A stretch of 25,550 bases of DNA. It comes from a bacterium. Lineage in GTDB: Bacteria; SZUA-182; DTGQ01. The position numbers were made by a program, and so were the translations under genes. Under the pieces are notes generated by a model. The model was not told where the DNA came from, made no database searches, and was given only the letters and a program-made list of their open reading frames with translations. The stretch covers positions 1 to 25,550 of the forward strand of contig JBFMGO010000089.1 of the NCBI GenBank assembly GCA_040752695.1, in the 5' to 3' direction. Below, piece after piece: positions 19,437 through 25,550 of this stretch (positions within the stretch are counted from its first letter, which is position 1; each line of letters starts with the position of its first letter).

Positions 19437-20279
19437 ATGAAAAAGAAAAGGATTGAGTATATCCTGGCAGCGATGTTTTGTTTTTTTCTCCTTTTTAGCA
19501 CGAAATCGGCAGCAGCGGCGCCTGAAGACGGCCCGGCAAATTCGCTGGCAGGTAAACAGGCTGAAACAGTCAGGCAAAAAGAGGCAGGAAAGCAGGCTGA
19601 ATCAGCCATTAAGGAAGGAGAAGAACCGAAGGGAGAGGCAAAGCCGGGGATTGCACAGGACAGGAGCAGGGAGAAAGAGACACTGTCCGAGGAATTTTAT
19701 TTTGAGAAAACAACCCAGACATTCATTAACGGCGAGCAGGCAGGGCCGGAGAAAAAGCTGGAAGTCTGGTTAAAAGGGAACAGGATACGGTATGAAAGTG
19801 ACGATAAGAAGGATATGTTCGTCATTATCATGATGGATAAGGGGAAAACCTACGAGTTGGATAAATTTCAGAAAACGTACAAAGAGACATCGTATGAATT
19901 AGGTAAATTGAAAGAAATGAGCGAGAGGTCCTTAGTCGTTTCTAAGAAAACGGGACAGAAAAAGAAGATTAAAGACTGGAATTGTTATGAAGTTGTTCTG
20001 GACTCTACGATTCAGGGGAATAAGATGAAAGCCACCTGCTGGCTTACGGAAGATATTAAAGTTTCGGAAAAAGTTATGCAAAAAATGGCCAAGTTCAGTC
20101 AGATGAAATTGATGGAAGAGTTGGCCAAGTATCCAGGCTATCCAGTGCTTCTGACTATGGACTCAACAATTCAGGGAAAACAGGTCAGGGTGTTGAGCAC
20201 GCTGGTAAAAATCGATAAGGAGCCGCTTAAGGAAAGCTTTTTCAAGATACCTTTCGAATATACAAAGGCAGTACAATGA
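19437..20279 (+). CDS. Exported protein, DUF4412-like
   Basis: Signal peptide (MKKKR, hydrophobic core, AAAA), low-complexity linker, then VWLKGNRIR...KTGQKKKIKDWNC...CWLTEDI...PGYP...FKIPFEY. Confidence 0.75.
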   Translation: MKKKRIEYILAAMFCFFLLFSTKSAAAAPEDGPANSLAGKQAETVRQKEAGKQAESAIKEGEEPKGEAKPGIAQDRSREKETLSEEFYFEKTTQTFINGEQAGPEKKLEVWLKGNRIRYESDDKKDMFVIIMMDKGKTYELDKFQKTYKETSYELGKLKEMSERSLVVSKKTGQKKKIKDWNCYEVVLDSTIQGNKMKATCWLTEDIKVSEKVMQKMAKFSQMKLMEELAKYPGYPVLLTMDSTIQGKQVRVLSTLVKIDKEPLKESFFKIPFEYTKAVQ

Positions 20280-21103
20280 AGGAATCTACGCCAATGAAAA
20301 GAATCGAAGCGAAGTTGTGTGTCCGCCGTTTTTTTATCTGCATAGGTCTTGTGACGCTTGTCGCAGGAGCAATAGCCATTCTGTGTGCCACATTTTCCTT
20401 TCACCTGAATCGAGTCCAGGCTGCCGATACTCAAGCAGTTTTGATGGAAGGAGGAGTTGGTGAAGTTACCGGTTGTGGCGAGACAAGAAAAATAATCGGT
20501 ATATTGGATCCGGAAGCAGACACCGATGGGGATGGAATCACCGATGGAGAGGAAGGTGAAGGATCTATAGAAGGGACGTATGTACATGATGCCTATAATG
20601 ACGATACCCTGTGCACGCTCGAAACCGAAGGTGGCTGGATAAGCATAAAGATTGATAAGGGTCATCTTCGCAAGGTCCATACCATGCCCGACAATGATCC
20701 TAACCGGCCGGAAAAATCGATTGATGATCCAGAATTTCCCTATGGTTTCATTTCATTCCGCATTGAAGGTCTCAATCCAGACAGCAACGAGGAAAAGGAA
20801 GTGAAATTGGAATTGCTTTTTCCGGAGGATGTCAGTGCTCATGCCGTACTGTATCGCTATCATCTTGAAAGCTGGCGTGCACAGATAGGGTATAGTATCG
20901 GTGATGCTTCATGGAAGTACGATTTTCAAAATCTGTCAGAGCCATACAAAAAGCAAGGCATCATTGTAACCATCAAAGACAATGACAGCATGTATGATTC
21001 AGACAGGCCAGAATTGCGGGATGGCGAAATTGAAGGCATCTGGGGCTTAGGTGTACCAAAAGACAGTGAGGATGGAAGGTGCTTTATCCAGGCGCTTCCT
21101 TAG
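20276..21103 (+). CDS. Exported/surface protein with choice-of-anchor-U-like domain and terminal CFI motif
   Basis: N-terminal hydrophobic segment, DTDGDGITDGEE Ca-binding-like motif, FPYGFISFRIEGL...LLFP...VTIKDN...DSD...DGEI, ending SEDGRCFIQALP; ATGA overlap with the upstream gene. Confidence 0.7.
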   Translation: MKESTPMKRIEAKLCVRRFFICIGLVTLVAGAIAILCATFSFHLNRVQAADTQAVLMEGGVGEVTGCGETRKIIGILDPEADTDGDGITDGEEGEGSIEGTYVHDAYNDDTLCTLETEGGWISIKIDKGHLRKVHTMPDNDPNRPEKSIDDPEFPYGFISFRIEGLNPDSNEEKEVKLELLFPEDVSAHAVLYRYHLESWRAQIGYSIGDASWKYDFQNLSEPYKKQGIIVTIKDNDSMYDSDRPELRDGEIEGIWGLGVPKDSEDGRCFIQALP

Positions 21104-21187
21104 TATATCGTTTTTATACCATAATACCAGCCTTATCTTTGAATCGCATTCAGTAAAGGAGAGGAGACGCCTCTTTATTTTTCCCGG

Positions 21188-21226
21188 CCAGGTGGGCAAT
21201 CCGCACAATGTGCTCACCTGGTTTTT
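21188..21226 (+). terminator. Intrinsic terminator after the exported-protein pair
   Basis: 11-bp stem CCAGGTGGGCA/TGCTCACCTGG (one G-U) followed by TTTTT; a weaker hairpin with T-tail precedes it at about 21158-21182. Confidence 0.65.
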
Positions 21227-21461
21227 CCGAAGTCACCGGATTATGTTTATCCATGCTCGATGAGCAGTCTGATTCCTCACTTTTTCCCATATAAATTATG
21301 ATTCTCATCATAATTCTTTTACCTGCCGATTCCCCTTCGTAATTTCTATGATTGCTCCCTCTTTTCACATCTAAAGGCCATTTAATCACTCCATAAAATT
21401 TTAGTGTTTCTCCTGCCTGGTAGTCGAAAGGGTTTCCCATTTTTTGAATGAGAGCGTAATG

Positions 21462-21474
21462 AATCAATATGTTA
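21462..21474 (+). promoter_or_regulatory. IHF binding site
   Basis: AATCAA-TATG-TTA is an exact match to WATCAANNNNTTR, just upstream of a sigma54 motif. Confidence 0.6.
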
Positions 21475-21498
21475 TCAACTGCTCGAAAAATGAAGGCA

Positions 21499-21515
21499 TA
21501 GGCATTGATCTTGCT
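21499..21515 (+). promoter_or_regulatory. sigma54 (-24/-12) promoter of the V/A-type ATPase operon
   Basis: TAGGCATTGATCTTGCT versus consensus YTGGCACGNNNNTTGCW; GG 21501-02 and GC 21513-14 with a 10-nt spacer. Confidence 0.65.
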
Positions 21516-21608
21516 CTCCCTAAGGTATACGAAATCGGGGGAGAATTATAATTTTTATGTATGAGGAAGAGGGGAGCTCATGATTATCCGAAAAGAGGGG
21601 TTAATTGT

Positions 21609-21941
21609 ATGCAGGGGGTAGTCGAGAACAGCGCCATTATTGAAGAAATGCTGGGAGTGGAGAGGAATGCTGGCAGGGTTCTTGAAGAGGCCAAGGAGAA
21701 GGGGAATCAGATGGTACTCCAGGCTAGAAGCGAAGCCCGCAGGCAGATTGAGGAAACCAAGGAGGATCTTCAAAAAGAGAGGGATGCCCTGGAGAGAAGA
21801 CTCCGTGCGGAAGGAAAAAAGGAGGTGACACGGATAATCGAAGAGAGAGATCGAGCTATTCATAGAATCAATGAAAAGGCTCGCCAGCAGCGTGAGATGG
21901 CACTGGCAGAGCTTCGAGAAATATTATTTGGAGATCTGTAA
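21609..21941 (+). CDS. V/A-type ATPase peripheral stalk subunit G/H
   Basis: Charged coiled coil (IIEEMLGVERNAGRVLEEAKEK...ARSEARRQIEE), 110 aa from ATG 21609 with an AGAGGGG RBS; first gene of the operon, TAATG-coupled to subunit C. Confidence 0.75.
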   Translation: MQGVVENSAIIEEMLGVERNAGRVLEEAKEKGNQMVLQARSEARRQIEETKEDLQKERDALERRLRAEGKKEVTRIIEERDRAIHRINEKARQQREMALAELREILFGDL

Positions 21942-22996
21942 TGTTAAAGGCAGCCTTCCAATATTCCTATATTAATGCCAAAATCCGGTCCCTGAAAAGT
22001 CGATTATTGCATCCTTCAGATTTCGAGAACCTTTTGGGTGTCTCTGGTTACAGCGGTCTGGCAGAGTGCCTGCGGTTTACTCCCTACGGGGCGTCTTTAG
22101 GGCAGTTCCCGAATACGTTCGAAGGTCTGATCGGCTTGTTTCATCAGGAATTGTTCGAATGTTATAGGAAGGTGATACGGGCTCTGTCAGGAAATCGAAA
22201 GCGGCTGGTTCAGCATCTTTATCAAAAGTACGAGTTGGAGAATCTAAAAGCGATTCTACGAATCGTTTGTCAGGCAAAACCAAAGGAGGAAGCGGATCAC
22301 CTCTTGCTCTCGACCAGTGAACCGCAAAGCTTTTCTCCTGAAGCACTGCTCCAGACAAAGAGTCTGGAGGAGATCCTGAGCTTGTTGAAAAAGACCTGCT
22401 ATTACAGGCCACTTTCGAGCGCACTCTACCGGTTTGAGGAGGAGAAGGAAACCTTTCCTTTGGAAATGGCACTGGACTTGAGTTACTACAATTATTTGTG
22501 GAAACTAACATCCTTCCTTAGCCGTGGAGAGAGAAAGATCGTGAAAAAACTTCTCGGTGTTCAAATGGATGCCCTGAATATAATATGGATTTTAAGATTC
22601 AAGGAGGTGTATCACTTCTCGCCTGAAGAGATTCTTAATTACGGGTTGATGCAAGGGTATCATATATCACCTGAGCTGCGAAAAAAGTTAGCCTATTCGG
22701 TAGACCGAAAGGATGTGGTAAGCAATCTTTCAGGGACACCCTATAAAGCACTCCTGATTGACCTTAAGGATTCTGAAGAAAGCTCGGTGCATCTGTGGCG
22801 CTATCTTTTGGCTATTGTGAAAAAGGACTGGCAAGGATTTCCTTTTCACCTCGGCACTGTCCTGGATTATATTCTCTTTAAGGAGATTGAAGTAAAGAGT
22901 TTAATCTGTATTACAGAAGCAAAACGCCTGAACCTTTCTCAGGAAGCGATAGCAGAACATCTGATTAACACTTTTGCTCAAGAGGCAGAGTGCTGA
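21941..22996 (+). CDS. ntpC: V/A-type ATPase subunit C (d/AC39 family)
   Basis: YSYINAKIRSLKSRLL, YELENLKAILR, LEMALDLSYY, DALNIIWILR, YILFKEIEVKSL. Confidence 0.9.
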   Translation: MLKAAFQYSYINAKIRSLKSRLLHPSDFENLLGVSGYSGLAECLRFTPYGASLGQFPNTFEGLIGLFHQELFECYRKVIRALSGNRKRLVQHLYQKYELENLKAILRIVCQAKPKEEADHLLLSTSEPQSFSPEALLQTKSLEEILSLLKKTCYYRPLSSALYRFEEEKETFPLEMALDLSYYNYLWKLTSFLSRGERKIVKKLLGVQMDALNIIWILRFKEVYHFSPEEILNYGLMQGYHISPELRKKLAYSVDRKDVVSNLSGTPYKALLIDLKDSEESSVHLWRYLLAIVKKDWQGFPFHLGTVLDYILFKEIEVKSLICITEAKRLNLSQEAIAEHLINTFAQEAEC

Positions 22997-23098
22997 AGTC
23001 CATCCCAAAGTAATTCCTCATTTCCTTAGGATCCCCTGAGAGCGTGGAACATGAAGCCCTTTAAGCTTTATGTTGCAAAGGATTTGGGAGAGGTTTTT

Positions 23099-23215
23099 AT
23101 GGCAGGAGTAATCAGCTTCAAAAAATCTTATATCGTGTTCAGCAATGAAGAAGATCATAAACCCAAGCTGGGAGGAGAATTTAAGCAAGTAAATTGTATA
23201 TATTTTGTTGTATGA
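23099..23215 (+). CDS. Candidate small ORF (38 aa) between ATPase subunits C and I
   Basis: GGAGAGG-TTTTT-ATG; MAGVISFKKSYIVFSNEEDHKPKLGGEFKQVNCIYFVV. An in-frame upstream ATG at 23051 would give 54 aa. Confidence 0.4.
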   Translation: MAGVISFKKSYIVFSNEEDHKPKLGGEFKQVNCIYFVV

Positions 23216-23234
23216 GGGGTTAGGAGAGGTTGAA

Positions 23235-25214
23235 ATGTTTAGACTTGCCAGAATGGCTAAAATTGATTTACAGGTTCCTCAGGACCATGTCGCTAAAACA
23301 ACAAGTATTATAGCTAACTTGAAGATACTTCACTTGATGAATATCCGAAAGACGCGTGTGGGAGAGATAGATCTGGAATCACACGCAGACAGTAATTTAT
23401 TGAGTAAGTATATAGAGTTGAGCTGTCGGTTGGAAAAAATCTTCCAATGGCTGGAGATTAATCCGGATGATTTGAGTCTCATTTCGCAGGAGGATGTAAA
23501 TCCACATAAAGATATTGTCGGTATCGATCAGGAAATTCAGCAACTGGAAAAGGAAATCTCCGGTCTGGTCAAGGAGATGGAGGCACAGGAAAAATCGAGG
23601 CAGGAAAAGGAGCAATTGCTCAGGCAATTGGAACTGCTTTCATCGGCTGGGGTGGACATCAATCAGGTACATGAGTGCAGATTTCTCTATGTGGCAGCAG
23701 GGCTGATTCCTTCTGAAAATCTGGACCGGCTGGAATTCAGCTTGTCTGACGTATATCATATGCTTCTTCCATCCAATCCAATCGGTGCCCGGCGTCTTGT
23801 TTTTGTCTTTGGCTCACGGAAAGACCGGGAAAAGATTGAGAAAGCACTGAAAAGTGCCTATTTTGAGAAAATCGAGATTCCCAGACAGGACGAAAATTCA
23901 AAGGTTCCCAGTATCCAGACCTTGCGGGGACAGATTCAGGAACTGGAAATGCAGAGATCCGTGGCCCGCAATAACCTGGAAAAGGTGAAAAGAGAACTGG
24001 AAGAGCGGATACGGCAAGTGAATCGCAAGGTCCTGCTTTCTGTGGCTATTTTGGAGATCGGAAAATCGTACGATAAAGTCGGACGTGTTTATCATATTTC
24101 AGGTTGGGTTCCGCAGGAAGTAGTACCCACCTTAGAGAAAAAGGTCCTGGAATCAACGAATAACCAGGTCAAGATTGTCGTGCTCTCTTCTAATGTCATG
24201 TGGCAGGTAGGCGATCTGTTGAAGATACCAACCTGTTTCCAGAATCCATTTTTACTCAAGCCTTTCGAGAAGCTGGTTTCCGAATATGGAATACCCTCGT
24301 ATAAGGAAGTGGATCCGACCTTCTTTTTCGCACTGAGCTTCCTTTTTATGTTCGGTGTTATGTTCGGAGATGTAGGGCATGGCCTAACCTTATTCCTTCT
24401 GGGTTTATTCACCTTTAAGAAATCGATGAAGGAGAACATGAAGGACATGGGCCTGATTATCATGGAATGCGGAATCATGTCCAGCATTTTCGGTTTTCTT
24501 TATGGCTCTGTGTTTGGTTTTGAACATGTTATACCTCCTCTGTGGTTTAATCCTATGGAGAATATCTATTATTTCATGAAGGTAACTGTAGGATTTGGAA
24601 TGATTATTATTAGTGTTGCCCTGATCTTAAATATAATTAATTCCATTAAGCATAGTGATTATGAGAGGGGCATCTTTGGTGAATTTGGCATCATGGGCCT
24701 GGTTTTTTATTGGGGGTGCATCGGACTGGTCCTGTTCTATCTGTCTACGGGAAGATTCCTGGCCAATTTCGGTTATCTGTTCATGATTCTTTTCATGCCG
24801 TTGCTGGCTATATTCTTGAAGGAACCATTGTACAATCTTTATAATCGTCTGGTATTTAAGAAGGATCATCCGATTTTTCCAAAGAATATGGGTATTTACC
24901 TTATGGAATCCCTGATAGAGGTGGGTGATACCGTGATCGGGTTCCTTTCGAATACCGTTTCCTTCATTCGCGTTTCTGCATTTGCCTTGGCACATGCCGG
25001 CTTGTTCCTGGCTGTTTTTGCTCTGGCAAATACATTGCAGAACCTGAAAGGGGGAATTTTCTGGTATTGGTTGATCATGATTATAGGGAATGTTGGAATA
25101 ATCGCCATTGAAGGTTTGGTTGTTTCCATTCAGATTATACGCTTGGAATATTATGAATTCTTCAGCAAATTTTTTAAAGGAGGCGGAGAGATCTACAAGC
25201 CATTAAGGATTTAA
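23235..25214 (+). CDS. ntpI: V/A-type ATPase subunit I (a subunit)
   Basis: ISGWVP, PFEKLVSEYGIPSYKEVDPT, FGVMFGDVGHG, LSNTVSFIRVSAFALAH (essential Arg), IRLEYYEFFSKFF. ATG 23235 has a GGAGAGG RBS. Confidence 0.95.
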   Translation: MFRLARMAKIDLQVPQDHVAKTTSIIANLKILHLMNIRKTRVGEIDLESHADSNLLSKYIELSCRLEKIFQWLEINPDDLSLISQEDVNPHKDIVGIDQEIQQLEKEISGLVKEMEAQEKSRQEKEQLLRQLELLSSAGVDINQVHECRFLYVAAGLIPSENLDRLEFSLSDVYHMLLPSNPIGARRLVFVFGSRKDREKIEKALKSAYFEKIEIPRQDENSKVPSIQTLRGQIQELEMQRSVARNNLEKVKRELEERIRQVNRKVLLSVAILEIGKSYDKVGRVYHISGWVPQEVVPTLEKKVLESTNNQVKIVVLSSNVMWQVGDLLKIPTCFQNPFLLKPFEKLVSEYGIPSYKEVDPTFFFALSFLFMFGVMFGDVGHGLTLFLLGLFTFKKSMKENMKDMGLIIMECGIMSSIFGFLYGSVFGFEHVIPPLWFNPMENIYYFMKVTVGFGMIIISVALILNIINSIKHSDYERGIFGEFGIMGLVFYWGCIGLVLFYLSTGRFLANFGYLFMILFMPLLAIFLKEPLYNLYNRLVFKKDHPIFPKNMGIYLMESLIEVGDTVIGFLSNTVSFIRVSAFALAHAGLFLAVFALANTLQNLKGGIFWYWLIMIIGNVGIIAIEGLVVSIQIIRLEYYEFFSKFFKGGGEIYKPLRI

Positions 25215-25392
25215 GCATTTACCAAAAGTAACTTTTTCAAATTCATAAGCTTCCCAGCAAAAAGAAAGACTCCCCAGGAAAAAAATTCTATCTTTAAAAT
25301 ATATGTAAATTTGTTGTTGTATATCCTAAAGTCATGAATGCCTAAAAGTACCAGAATATATTGCACTGGAAGAGAGAAAGGAGCTCAAGGCA

Positions 25393-25550
25393 ATGAGGAG
25401 TATTTGGTTTACATCTATGAAGATCTGGCCTGTGGTAATGGTGGTATTACTGATAGTGAGTAGCTGTATGGTGATGACGGTATTTGCAGGGAAAGCGTAT
25501 AGCGGTGAGGGAGAGGTGGTGAGTCAGGAGGCGAAGAATCCCGGGAGTAT
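25393..25550 (+). CDS. Probable V/A-type ATPase subunit K/c (N-terminus only; runs off the right edge)
   Basis: AAAGGAG RBS; MRSIWFTSMKIWPVVMVVLLIVSSCMVMTVFAGKAYSGEGEVVSQEAKNPGS... The identity is inferred only from its position after subunit I and its hydrophobic leader. Confidence 0.5.
   Translation, partial: MRSIWFTSMKIWPVVMVVLLIVSSCMVMTVFAGKAYSGEGEVVSQEAKNPGS

Noticed and set aside
21150..21467. 105-aa minus-strand ORF between the surface protein and the ATPase operon
   Set aside because: No recognisable domain or convincing RBS; it overlaps plus-strand terminators and promoter elements.
21561..21608. Longer ORF-track starts for subunit G/H (also 14835, 17676 and 23205 for other genes)
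   Set aside because: Downstream ATGs have clear Shine-Dalgarno sequences and fit family N-termini better.

Overview
This is the replication-origin region of a bacterial chromosome, probably Gram-negative (long-form GyrB; deltaproteobacteria-like accessory genes). The minus strand carries dnaA-[oriC]-gyrB-gyrA (gyrA runs off the window). The plus strand carries rpmH-rnpA-yidD-yidC-mnmE-[parS]-parA-parB, a U32/TrhP-like protein, an FAD-linked oxidase, a DHH phosphoesterase, a PAS-PAS kinase with a REC-kinase hybrid, a small conserved protein, two exported proteins and the start of a V/A-type ATPase operon (G/H, C, I, probable K). The origin cluster lacks the usual dnaN, recF, jag, mnmG and rsmG. 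Best leads: (1) a variant parS palindrome paired with an Arg->Lys change in the ParB recognition helix; (2) a sigma54 -24/-12 promoter with a perfect IHF site ahead of the V-ATPase operon, and a similar weaker promoter ahead of the exported-protein pair; (3) an oriC unwinding element (DnaA box plus DnaA-trios) abutting gyrB; (4) a T9 frameshift in yidD; (5) an unlisted 38-codon ORF with a strong RBS inside the ATPase operon; (6) a structured GC-rich intergenic element; (7) a short C-terminal CFI motif. No mobile element, CRISPR array, tRNA or rRNA was seen. All family calls come from recognising motifs by eye, not from database searches.
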